This document shows positions 17,650-26,586 of a DNA stretch of 46,019 nucleotides, piece after piece (position 1 is the stretch's first letter; every line of letters starts with the position of its first letter). The DNA comes from Propionibacteriales bacterium (lineage in GTDB: Bacteria > Actinomycetota > Actinomycetes > Propionibacteriales > Nocardioidaceae). The stretch spans positions 1 to 46,019 of the forward strand of contig JBBSMN010000001.1 in the NCBI GenBank assembly GCA_038233135.1. Direction: 5' to 3'. A program made the position numbers and the translations under genes. The notes under the pieces were generated by a model. It worked only from the letters and a program-made list of their open reading frames with translations, did no database searches and was not told the origin of the DNA.

Positions 17650-19281
17650 TCAGACGAACCAGGCATGACGGAACCCGTACCTGTCCAGGGGGTGGCCGGC
17701 CACGTTGGGCTCCAGACCGCTGATCGTGTTGCTGTAGGCGTCCACCAGGTTGACGAAACCCCAGATGATGTGGCCGCCACTCTCGTGCTCGACGGCCTGC
17801 GCCTCCTGGATCATCTCGCAGCGCTTCTGCTCGTCGACCTCCTCCTCGGCGGACTTGACCAGCGAGACGAACTGCTCGTCGGCCCAGTGCGTCTCGTTGA
17901 ACGGTGAGCTGGGCAGCGACCCCTGCGCGGCCTGCGCGAGGAACGACCGGGTGCCCCAGAAGTCCTGGGCGAACGGCCAGGACAGGTAGTTGTCGCCGTA
18001 GAATGTGCCGGTGTCCACCTGGTTCAATCGGATGTCGACGCCCGCGGCGCGGGCCTGCTCGACGAGCACCTGCGCGGCCTCGACGATGCCCTGCGAGACC
18101 GGCGACGTGGTCAGCTCGACCTGCAGCCCCTCCTGCCCGGCTGCCTTCAGCAGCGACGTGGCCTGATCGAGGTCCTTCTCCCGCTGTGGCAGCGAGTCGT
18201 TGAAGCAGGGGTCGCCGGGACTGTACAGGTCGTTGGCCAGCTTGCCGTGGCCGACAAGAACCTGGTCGATGAGCTGCTGCCGGTCGGCGATCAGCCGCAT
18301 CGCCTGACGCACCCGGACGTCGGAGAACGGCTGGGCGTCGACCCGCATGGTGAACGGGTTCCAGTTGCCGGACTCCGACTCGAGCACGGTCAGCTTGGAG
18401 TCGTTCTCCACGACGCTGATCTGGCCGAAGGGCAGCGATTCGATCGCCTCCACCTGCCCGGAGATCAGCGCGTTGACGCGCGCCGCGTCGTCGGTGAAGT
18501 TGATGATGACCAACTCGTCGAGGTACGGCTCGCCCTCGCGCCAATAGTCCGCGTACCGGCTGAAGACGCTGCGCTGGCCGGGGTCGAACGACTCGAATGC
18601 GAAGGGGCCGGTACCGACCGGCTTCTTCGGGTCGTAGTCCTCGGGCACGATGCCCTGGAAGTACTCCGAGATCGCGTCCAGGAACAACGCGGACGGCCGG
18701 GTCAGCGTGAACTCGACGGTGCGGTCGTCGAGTTTCTTCATGCCCTTGCGGTCGAGGAACGACAGCAGTTGGGCGCCGACCTTGGGGTCCTTGGGGTCGG
18801 TGATCCGCAGGAACGACGCGATCACGTCCTCGGGGCGCACCGGCCGGCCGTCGTGGAAGGTGATGCCGTCCCGGATGCGTGCCGTCCATACGGTCAGGTC
18901 GTCGTTGGGCTCGACCGACTCAGCCACCACCGGCGTCAACTCGAACATGGCGTCGCGGATCAGCAGTGGCTCGTACAGCTGGTGGACCCGGTTGATGTCC
19001 GGTCTGTCCACCGGCTTGTGCGCGTCGACGGTGTCGCCCGAGCCGCCACCGGCCGCACCCATCCGCAGCGAGCCACCGCGTTTCGGTTCGCCGGAGGCTC
19101 CGCCCTCGTCTGACTGGGAGCCACCGACCGGATCGGCCGCCGAGCAGGCGGCCAGCCAGCTCGGTGCGGCCAGCGCTCCACTGCCGACGGCGAAACCGCG
19201 CAGCACGTCACGCCTGCTGAGGTTCCTCCTGCCGCCTGCCTCCATGGCGGCCGCGATCACTCTTCGCTCGGATTCGTGCAT
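17650..19281 (-). CDS. ABC transporter substrate-binding lipoprotein, family 5 (peptide/nickel type)
   Basis: 543 aa. It has a Tat-like 'SRRDVLRGFAVG' and lipobox 'LAAC' at the N-terminus. It is the first gene of the 4-gene importer operon on the minus strand. Confidence 0.85.
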   Translation of the reverse strand: MHESERRVIAAAMEAGGRRNLSRRDVLRGFAVGSGALAAPSWLAACSAADPVGGSQSDEGGASGEPKRGGSLRMGAAGGGSGDTVDAHKPVDRPDINRVHQLYEPLLIRDAMFELTPVVAESVEPNDDLTVWTARIRDGITFHDGRPVRPEDVIASFLRITDPKDPKVGAQLLSFLDRKGMKKLDDRTVEFTLTRPSALFLDAISEYFQGIVPEDYDPKKPVGTGPFAFESFDPGQRSVFSRYADYWREGEPYLDELVIINFTDDAARVNALISGQVEAIESLPFGQISVVENDSKLTVLESESGNWNPFTMRVDAQPFSDVRVRQAMRLIADRQQLIDQVLVGHGKLANDLYSPGDPCFNDSLPQREKDLDQATSLLKAAGQEGLQVELTTSPVSQGIVEAAQVLVEQARAAGVDIRLNQVDTGTFYGDNYLSWPFAQDFWGTRSFLAQAAQGSLPSSPFNETHWADEQFVSLVKSAEEEVDEQKRCEMIQEAQAVEHESGGHIIWGFVNLVDAYSNTISGLEPNVAGHPLDRYGFRHAWFV

Positions 19282-19462
19282 GCCTCACTCCTTCTCGGGA
19301 CTGCCCTGACGTATATCCAGGTAGCCGGCCGGGCGTCAATCACCTGCGATGAGTCGTTGCACAATCGTCGCCTTGCCCCCCTGTCCCGCGGCGCGACGGG
19401 CCAGTCATGCTGTCGATCACGTGGCAGGGCAGCGTCGTCGGTCATGTGGAGGAGTGATCGTG

Positions 19463-22400
19463 ATGCACAGCTGCGGGGTAGACCACCACAGTGGTGGCTA
19501 CACCGACCAACAGCGCGCTGACCTGCGAGTGGTGCTGGCCTTCAACGTTCGGATGGCCGAGGCCATCGACCGGTGCCGGGACGTCGGCGCAGTGGAGGCG
19601 CTGCTTGACCCCGACCCGTTGCGATTCATGTGGGTGGATGAGGGTGCAGGCCGCATCCAGGAGTTCCTGGCCGATGTCGACGAGGCCTTGGCCCGCGCCC
19701 CAGGGTTGCCCGGACATCGCCGGCTGGGCTGCACCGACGTCGCCGGCGGTGGTGCCGCGACCCGACCGTCGGTGGCCACCCACACCGATGGACAGGTGGT
19801 GTATGCCTGGCTCGAGTGGGAGCCCGGCGTCGGCGACCGGGTGCGTGTCCTGCGCACGCACACCGACAGCAACGGCACCAGCGAGGTGGAGACGGTCGTC
19901 GACGACCCGGCCGACTGCTTTCGCCCCACCGCCATCATCGACGTCGCCGGTCGGCCGTGGGTGCTGTACGGCCGCGCCGACGGCGGGGCGGTCTCGGTGT
20001 GGTGCCGCCACCACAGCGGCGACGGCTGGTCCGACGAGGAGCGAGTGAGCGACACCGCGCATCCATCCTTCAACCAAGAGGTGGTCGCACACGACGACGG
20101 CACCGTGGAGGTCTGCTGGCAGGGCCGGGTCGGCGAGCGGTTCGCCGTGTACTCCCGCAGGTGGTTCGGCGGCAGAGTGTCGGGCAGTTGGGAGGACACC
20201 CGACAGGTCAGCCCAGAAGCCGGTTCAGCCGACGGGGAGGACGGCCCATTGGTCGCCACCAACGTCTGGGACCCGGCCGTAACAACGCTGCCTGGCGGCG
20301 GCACCGCGTACGCCTGGACCGAGTACCGGGCGGGCAGATATCAGGTGGTGGTTCGGCAGCGCGCGGCCGATGACACGCTCGATGAGCCTCGGGTGGTGAC
20401 CAGCGGCAGTGACTACGCCCTGCACCCGAGCCTTGCGGTGACCACCGACGGATCGCTGTGGTGTGCCTTCGATGTGCTCACGGTGCAGGGACACGGCGGT
20501 TCTGGGCCGACCAGGCTGCGTCCGGCGGACAGCGTCGGGGCCGACCCCACGCAGATCGAGGGGATGCGGCTTGCGGGTGAGTACGTACCCCCCGAGCTGC
20601 GACCGGACATCAGTGCCCACCTGCGAGTTGTCCGCATCGACCCGCGCGGCTTCGCCGAGCCCGCCGGGGTGCTCGCGCCACACCTGGACGTCGTGCCCGG
20701 TGGTTTGCCCCGGCTGTGCGCCGACCCGTCCGGCGGACTCACCGTCGCCTATCGGGTGCACCGGCGGTTGCCGTTGATGACCTACTACTGGGAGGTGGCA
20801 ACCCAGGCGCTTGGGCCGGCCGGGTGGGAACCACCGGTGACGATCCACGGAAGTGACGGCACGCTCGAGGAGCCTGCGGTCGCCGCGCTGCCCGACGGTG
20901 CGCTGGTTGCGTTGCAGAGCGACGACCGCCTCGAGCGCGGTCTCGTCTGGACGGAGGGGTTCGGTGGCCGGGCATGCCCCGACCTGCTCGAGCACCACGG
21001 TCAAGTGGTCTGGCACGGCATGCAACGCACCGGCACCATCAGATCGGCGGCCGTTCAGTCGGCCGGCCCCCCAGGCAATGTCGCGGTCGGCGCCGCGGGC
21101 ACCGCACTGCACAACGACGACCGGTTCGAGTCCCGGGCCTGGACCTCAAACAAGGGCCAGACCCAGCGCTACCGCACGACGGCACAGTCAACCGAGTACA
21201 CCGTCTACTGGGGGGACCTGCACCGGCACTCGCTGATCAGCCGGTGCACCGCCGGTGACGAGCCGACACTGGAGGACTTCTACCGCTACTCATGGGACGT
21301 CTGCGAGTACGACTTCTGGGCGGTGACCGACCACTCCGAGAACAGCACCGACTACCAGTGGTGGTCCATCCAGAAGATCGCCGACCTGTTCCGCGTCGAT
21401 GGTCGGTTCGTTCCGCTCTACGGCTTCGAGTGGACCGGGCTGATGGGCCATCAGAACGTCATCTACGGTGACGTGGCCCGCGGAGCGCCGATCTTCTCCT
21501 CCTACGCCGCCGGATCGGACACCCCAGCGGGGCTGTGGAACGGGTTGGCGCAGTATCCGGCGCACCCGGCCATCACCATCCCGCATCACCCCGGATCGGC
21601 GATGGTGGCCTACGACTGGGACTACGAGAGCGAGCAGTTCCTGCGGCTGGCGGAGGTGTTTCAGGCCTGCCGTGGGAACTACGAGGACGACGGCTGCTTC
21701 CGGCAGTACTCCGACGGCACCCGCCCGGGCACGTTCGTCTTGGACGGGCTGCGGCGCGGTCAGCGCTTCGGGCTGATCGCGTCGTCGGACCACGGGCACG
21801 GTGCCAGCTACGTCGGGGCGTACGCCGAGCGGCTGGACCGGGCGTCGGTCTTCGAGGCGCTGCAGGCCAGGCGGGTGTTCGCCGCCACCACCAGGGATGT
21901 GCTGGTCGACTTCCGGGTCGGCGGGGCGTTCATGGGCGAGGAGGTCACGCTGAGCGGGCCGCGGGTGGTCGAGGTCTTCGCCCGCGGCTACTGCGAGCTG
22001 GCCCGCATCGACGTGCTGCGCGACGGCGTGACCGTGCACAGTGCCGTGCCCGACCTCGACCTGCCGGAGGGTTGGCTGGCGTTGCCGTTGCGGGTGGAGT
22101 GGGGGCAGAGCCCGGTGCAGGCCGACTGGAGCGGACGCCTGCAGGTGGACGGCGGTGAGGTCGTGGCAACCTCCTACTGGAGTCCGGAGATCGTGGCCGC
22201 AGACTGCAACAGCGTGCGCTGGGTCGCGCAGACCAAGAGTTTCGGCGAGCCGTACGGCTCCCAGCGCGGCGGCGTCGAGGTGACCGTCACCGGGCCTGCT
22301 GACGCCGTCGTGCATGTCGTGACTCCGCAGGCAACACTGCGGGTGCCGCTGGGCGAGCTGCCCGACAGGGTCGTGGGGACGCCGACGTACTCCGGGCAGG

Positions 22401-22570
22401 GCGAGTTGCGCTTGCAGCCCGGTGTCGGCGGGCTGGTCGGCCTCGGCAGCAACGAGCACCGGCTGACCTGGACCGATGAGTCGACGGAGCCGGCCTGGTA
22501 CTACGCCCGGGTCATCCAGACCGACGGTGAGATGGCCTGGTCCTCCCCCGTCTGGGTGGACCCCGCCTGA
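19463..22570 (+). CDS. Large cytoplasmic two-module protein: N-terminal sialidase/BNR-like beta-propeller region plus C-terminal PHP/DUF3604-like (CehA/McbA-type) metallohydrolase
   Basis: ATG at 19463 (or GTG at 19460), 6-9 nt after GGAGGAG. The C-terminal half has 'YWGDLHRHS', 'VTDHSE', 'YGFEWT', 'PHHPGS', 'SSDHGHG' and the ending 'WYYARVIQTDGEMAWSSPVWV'. The N-terminal half has repeated W-rich strand motifs (VVYAWLEW, VSVWCRH, VEVCWQG, AYAWTEY, LWCAFD). I see no signal peptide. Confidence 0.7.
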   Translation: MHSCGVDHHSGGYTDQQRADLRVVLAFNVRMAEAIDRCRDVGAVEALLDPDPLRFMWVDEGAGRIQEFLADVDEALARAPGLPGHRRLGCTDVAGGGAATRPSVATHTDGQVVYAWLEWEPGVGDRVRVLRTHTDSNGTSEVETVVDDPADCFRPTAIIDVAGRPWVLYGRADGGAVSVWCRHHSGDGWSDEERVSDTAHPSFNQEVVAHDDGTVEVCWQGRVGERFAVYSRRWFGGRVSGSWEDTRQVSPEAGSADGEDGPLVATNVWDPAVTTLPGGGTAYAWTEYRAGRYQVVVRQRAADDTLDEPRVVTSGSDYALHPSLAVTTDGSLWCAFDVLTVQGHGGSGPTRLRPADSVGADPTQIEGMRLAGEYVPPELRPDISAHLRVVRIDPRGFAEPAGVLAPHLDVVPGGLPRLCADPSGGLTVAYRVHRRLPLMTYYWEVATQALGPAGWEPPVTIHGSDGTLEEPAVAALPDGALVALQSDDRLERGLVWTEGFGGRACPDLLEHHGQVVWHGMQRTGTIRSAAVQSAGPPGNVAVGAAGTALHNDDRFESRAWTSNKGQTQRYRTTAQSTEYTVYWGDLHRHSLISRCTAGDEPTLEDFYRYSWDVCEYDFWAVTDHSENSTDYQWWSIQKIADLFRVDGRFVPLYGFEWTGLMGHQNVIYGDVARGAPIFSSYAAGSDTPAGLWNGLAQYPAHPAITIPHHPGSAMVAYDWDYESEQFLRLAEVFQACRGNYEDDGCFRQYSDGTRPGTFVLDGLRRGQRFGLIASSDHGHGASYVGAYAERLDRASVFEALQARRVFAATTRDVLVDFRVGGAFMGEEVTLSGPRVVEVFARGYCELARIDVLRDGVTVHSAVPDLDLPEGWLALPLRVEWGQSPVQADWSGRLQVDGGEVVATSYWSPEIVAADCNSVRWVAQTKSFGEPYGSQRGGVEVTVTGPADAVVHVVTPQATLRVPLGELPDRVVGTPTYSGQGELRLQPGVGGLVGLGSNEHRLTWTDESTEPAWYYARVIQTDGEMAWSSPVWVDPA

Positions 22571-22615
22571 TCCCCAACACGCGGCCAGCCTTGCCATATT
22601 AGCTATGCTGGTGGA

Positions 22616-22942
22616 GTGTATGGCGGCCAGGTGGTGAAGCGAGCGCGGCTACGGGCGGGCCTGACCCAAGATGAGCTTGCCCGTCGAGTTGGCACAACGG
22701 CATCTGCCGTCTCACGGTGGGAGCACGCCAAGACAGAGCCCGGCTACGCCACCGTTGAGCGCTGCGTGGCGGCTTGTGACCTCACCCTGCCGGCGGTCCT
22801 TCGCGAGCCGGAGCTTGATCCCGACGACCGATCCCTACTGGACACCTGCTTGGCGCTCAGCGTCGACGACAGAGCCCAGCGGTTGATGCTTTACGTCCAG
22901 GTCGTGCAAGCCGGCCGTGCCGCGATCGCCGAACGACGATGA
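22616..22942 (+). CDS. XRE-family helix-turn-helix protein (putative antitoxin/regulator)
   Basis: GTG at 22616. 'LRAGLTQDELARRVGTTASAVSRWEHAKTEP' is a classic Cro/C1 HTH. 108 aa. ATGA overlap with the next gene at 22939-22942. By hand count about 29 of 108 codons end in A/T, clearly more than in flanking genes. Confidence 0.8.
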   Translation: MYGGQVVKRARLRAGLTQDELARRVGTTASAVSRWEHAKTEPGYATVERCVAACDLTLPAVLREPELDPDDRSLLDTCLALSVDDRAQRLMLYVQVVQAGRAAIAERR

Positions 22943-23448
22943 CTCAGGTGCAGTTTCGCCCCGATGTCATCCTCGCGGTGCTGCATCAGCACCACGTGCG
23001 CTACGTCGTAATCGGCGGTTTCGCTGCGACGCTGAACGGCTCGGCATCTCCGACGTATGACATCGACATTGTCCCGGACCCCGCACCCGACAACCTCGGT
23101 GCGCTGTCCAGCGCGCTGAGAGACCTGGATGCCCGGATCCGGGTGGACGGCATCCCAGGTGGTGTGCCCTTCGCCCACGACGCCGCCGTGCTGGCCCAGA
23201 TCACCGTGCTCAACCTGGTGACCCGCGCCGGTGAGCTGGACGTCGCGCTGCACCCAGCCGGGATCGCGGACTTTGGGACCTGGGACGCCGGCGCGGTCAG
23301 CATCGTGGTGCTGGGCACTCCCACCCGGATCGCCGGGATAGGTGACGTCATCGCGTCGAAGGAGGCTGCCGACCGCGACAAGGACCGCGCTGTCCTGCCG
23401 ATGCTGCGAGAGTTGGCCAGACGTCTGGAGCGCGGCGCCCACGGATGA
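22939..23448 (+). CDS. Minimal nucleotidyltransferase-fold protein (MNT/AbiEii/DUF2204-like), putative toxin partner
   Basis: 'VVIGGFAATLNGSASPTYDIDIV' matches the GG-x(n)-D-x-D polymerase-beta-type NTase signature. A further acidic 'ELDV' strand follows. The C-terminal 'IASKEAADRDKDRAVLPML' resembles the K-x4-R-x-KD helix of small NTases. 169 aa. Confidence 0.65.
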   Translation: MTQVQFRPDVILAVLHQHHVRYVVIGGFAATLNGSASPTYDIDIVPDPAPDNLGALSSALRDLDARIRVDGIPGGVPFAHDAAVLAQITVLNLVTRAGELDVALHPAGIADFGTWDAGAVSIVVLGTPTRIAGIGDVIASKEAADRDKDRAVLPMLRELARRLERGAHG

Positions 23449-23474
23449 GGCACCACTGCCCGCCCCATAGGCTG

Positions 23475-25580
23475 TTAGCGGGCACCGGCGGCAACCATCT
23501 GGCGCAACTCCTTCTTCAGGTCGCCGATCTCGTCACGCAACCGGGCCGCCACCTCGAACTGCAGCTCGGCGGCGGCGCTGTGCATCTGGTCGGTCAGCTG
23601 CTGCACCAGGTCTGCCAGGTCGGAGGCCGCCATGCTGGTGGTGTCCAGCGGTGAGGTGCCGGTGTCGCGGCTGCGGAGACCTGGCACCGGCGCCTTTCCG
23701 CGGCTCTGCTGGCGCCCACCGCCACCCAGCAGCGTCTCGGTGTCGGCGTCCTCGCGGGCGAGCATGTCGGTGATGTCGGCGATCCGTTTACGCAGCGGCG
23801 TCGGGTCGATGCCGTGCTCGGTGTTGTAAGCCACCTGGATCTCGCGCCGCCGGTTGGTCTCGTCGATCGCGTTTCGCATCGACGGGGTGATCGAGTCGGC
23901 ATACATGTGCACCTGGCCGGACACGTTGCGGGCGGCCCGGCCGATCGTCTGGATCAGCGAGGTCCCCGAACGCAGGAATCCCTCCTTGTCGGCGTCCAGG
24001 ATCGCCACCAAGCTCACCTCGGGCAGGTCGAGCCCCTCGCGCAGCAGGTTGATCCCGACCAGTACGTCGAAGTCCCCCATCCGCAGCTCGCGCAACAGCT
24101 CGATGCGGCGCAGCGTGTCGACCTCACTGTGCAAGTACCGGGTGCGGATGCCTGCCTCGAGCAGATAGTCGGTGAGGTCCTCCGACATCTTCTTGGTCAG
24201 CGTGGTGACCAGGACCCGCTCGCCCCTCTCGGCGCGCAACCGGATCTCGTGGATCAGGTCGTCGATCTGGCCCTTGGTCGGCTTGACCACCACCTCGGGG
24301 TCGACCAGGCCGGTCGGCCGGATGATCTGCTGCACGACCCCGTCGCCGCGGTGCAGCTCGTACGAGCCCGGGGTGGCCGAGGAGTACACGGTCTGGCCGA
24401 TCCGCTCGACGAACTCCTCCCAGCGCAGCGGCCGGTTGTCCATCGCGCTCGGCCACCGGACGCCGTGCTCGACCAGGGTCCGTTTGCGGGACATGTCGCC
24501 CTCGTACATGCCGCCGATCTGCGGCACCGTCACGTGCGACTCGTCGATGACCAGCAGGAAGTCCGCCGGAAAGTAGTCGAGCAGGCAGTGCGGAGCCGAC
24601 CCCTGCACACGCCCATCGGTGTGCCGGGAGTAGTTCTCGATGCCCGAGCAACTGCCGACCTGCCGCATCATCTCGATGTCGTAGGTCGTGCGCATCCGCA
24701 GCCGTTGCGCCTCCAGCAGCTTGCCTTGGCGTTCCAGCTCGCCGAGTCGTTGCTCCAGCTCAGCTTCGATGCTGATGATCGCCTGCTCCATCTTCTCCGG
24801 AGCCGTCACGTAGTGCGTCGCCGCACCGATGTAGATCTCCTGCTCCTCGCTGATGACCTCACCGGTCAACGGGTGCATCATCATCAACCGCTCGATCTCG
24901 TCGCCAAAGAACTCCACCCGCACGGCGAGCTCTTGGTAGACCGGGAACACCTCCAAGGTGTCACCGCGCACCCGGAACGTGCCTCGAGTCCCGGCCAGAT
25001 CATTGCGTGCGTACTGCACCTCGACGAGCTTGCGCAGCAGCCCGTCGCGGTCCATCTCTGCGCCGACCTCGACATGGATCATCCGGTTGAGATACTCGCT
25101 GGCCGAGCCAAGCCCATAGATGCAGGACACGGTCGCGACCACCACCACGTCGCGCCGGGTCAGCAACGACCAGGTCGCCGAGTGCCGCAGCCGCTCGACC
25201 TCGGCGTTGATGGACGAGTCCTTCTCGATGTAGGTATCGGTCTGCGGGACGTACGCCTCAGGCTGGTAATAGTCGTAGTAGGAGACGAAGTACTCGACCG
25301 CGTTCTCGGGGAAGAAGTGCCGCAGCTCGTTGGCGTACTGTGCCGCCAGCGTCTTGTTGGGCTGCATCACCAGGATCGGGCGCTGCAGCCGCTCGGCGAG
25401 CCAGGCGACCGTCGCGGTCTTGCCGGTGCCGGTGGCGCCGAGCAGCACAACATCCTGCTCGCCGGCCTCGACCCGGCGGGCCAGCTCCTCAATGGCGGTC
25501 GGCTGGTCACCGGACGGCTGGAAGTCGCTGACCACCTCGAAAGGCGCCACCGCACGCTGCAGATCGTCCACTGCTCTCAT
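23475..25580 (-). CDS. uvrB: Excinuclease ABC subunit B
   Basis: ATG at 25580 ([27 protein letters not shown]...). Motifs: 'GATGTGKT', '[24 protein letters not shown]', helicase motifs and a C-terminal UVR domain ('[13 protein letters not shown]'). The 82-codon extension in the track is rejected. Confidence 0.95.
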   Translation of the reverse strand: MRAVDDLQRAVAPFEVVSDFQPSGDQPTAIEELARRVEAGEQDVVLLGATGTGKTATVAWLAERLQRPILVMQPNKTLAAQYANELRHFFPENAVEYFVSYYDYYQPEAYVPQTDTYIEKDSSINAEVERLRHSATWSLLTRRDVVVVATVSCIYGLGSASEYLNRMIHVEVGAEMDRDGLLRKLVEVQYARNDLAGTRGTFRVRGDTLEVFPVYQELAVRVEFFGDEIERLMMMHPLTGEVISEEQEIYIGAATHYVTAPEKMEQAIISIEAELEQRLGELERQGKLLEAQRLRMRTTYDIEMMRQVGSCSGIENYSRHTDGRVQGSAPHCLLDYFPADFLLVIDESHVTVPQIGGMYEGDMSRKRTLVEHGVRWPSAMDNRPLRWEEFVERIGQTVYSSATPGSYELHRGDGVVQQIIRPTGLVDPEVVVKPTKGQIDDLIHEIRLRAERGERVLVTTLTKKMSEDLTDYLLEAGIRTRYLHSEVDTLRRIELLRELRMGDFDVLVGINLLREGLDLPEVSLVAILDADKEGFLRSGTSLIQTIGRAARNVSGQVHMYADSITPSMRNAIDETNRRREIQVAYNTEHGIDPTPLRKRIADITDMLAREDADTETLLGGGGRQQSRGKAPVPGLRSRDTGTSPLDTTSMAASDLADLVQQLTDQMHSAAAELQFEVAARLRDEIGDLKKELRQMVAAGAR

Positions 25581-25626
25581 GCCGATCAGCCTACGGCCGG
25601 GCACCGACAGCCGCCGGGCACGCCGG

Positions 25627-26571
25627 TTAGCGGTAGCGCGTCGGCAGGTGCCGCCTGGGTGCCATCCGGGGTCCCCGCCGCGGCGTCCTGGCGCCGCATA
25701 GCTCGACCAGTCGCTGCACCCGGTAGCGGTGCGGACGGTACGGCGCCAGCAGGGCGGCCAAGCCGGCATCGTCGACCGGGCGGCCGGTGAGGGTATGGCC
25801 AATGTCTGCAGGCACGTGATAGTCACCGAAGCTCACCGCATCGGCATCACCGTGCGCCCGCTGCCGCACCTCGGCCGCCGTCCACCGCCCGACCCCCTGG
25901 AGGCTGCACAGCCGACGCTCGACCTCGGTGGCCGGCAGTCCGACAGTCCGCTCTAGCGAGGTCGCCAGCCGCGCGGCCAGCACCGCCGTGCGGGACCGAG
26001 CCGGGTCGACCGGCAGCCGCAGCCACTCCCAGGAGGGGATTGCCGCGACGGTCGCGGGTGTGGGGGTGACCCACAGGCCCCGCTCCGCACCGGGAGCGGG
26101 AGCAGGCTCACCAAACCGGCGCAGCAAAGCCCGCCAGCCAGCCCACGCCTCCTGTCCGGTGACCTTCTGCTCAAGCACGGCGGCCAGCAGCGCTTCGAAC
26201 ACCAGGTCGGTCCGCGGCACCCGCCAGTGCGGATGCCGCCGGGTCGCCCCCCGCAGAAAGGAGTCGCCGCACCCGAACCCATTGCCGAAGGTGTCGCCCC
26301 TGAAGTCACCGGCACCAACGTCGTCGTCGCCGAGCATCTGCGGCAGCCGGTCCAGCGTCCACACCGCACCCGGCCCCCACGAGCGTGCGTGCACCTCGGA
26401 ACCGGCGGCACGGGTTTCGACTTGCAACGTGGCCGCACCCTCGGGTGTCCGCAGAGAGCGCCACACCACCTCGCGGTCGAGGATGAACGCTGGGTCGCCG
26501 GCTCCCCGCCGCAGCGTCGCCCAGATGGTCAGCACCGGCACCGGGCGCCCGGGACGCCAGCACCGCGTCAT
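25627..26571 (-). CDS. DNA-3-methyladenine glycosylase II-family (AlkA-like, HhH-GPD) protein
   Basis: '[15 protein letters not shown]' hairpin-helix motif followed by '[12 protein letters not shown]' (catalytic Asp region). Start is ATG 26571 (MTRCW) or GTG 26580. Confidence 0.75.
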   Translation of the reverse strand: MTRCWRPGRPVPVLTIWATLRRGAGDPAFILDREVVWRSLRTPEGAATLQVETRAAGSEVHARSWGPGAVWTLDRLPQMLGDDDVGAGDFRGDTFGNGFGCGDSFLRGATRRHPHWRVPRTDLVFEALLAAVLEQKVTGQEAWAGWRALLRRFGEPAPAPGAERGLWVTPTPATVAAIPSWEWLRLPVDPARSRTAVLAARLATSLERTVGLPATEVERRLCSLQGVGRWTAAEVRQRAHGDADAVSFGDYHVPADIGHTLTGRPVDDAGLAALLAPYRPHRYRVQRLVELCGARTPRRGPRMAPRRHLPTRYR

Positions 26572-26586
26572 CTTCAGCACGCGTCG

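Noticed and set aside
23814-25790. 658-aa ORF on the plus strand
   Set aside because: It is fully antisense to uvrB, whose identity is unambiguous. The translation is Arg/Pro/Gly/His-rich and motif-free, a typical shadow ORF of a high-GC genome.
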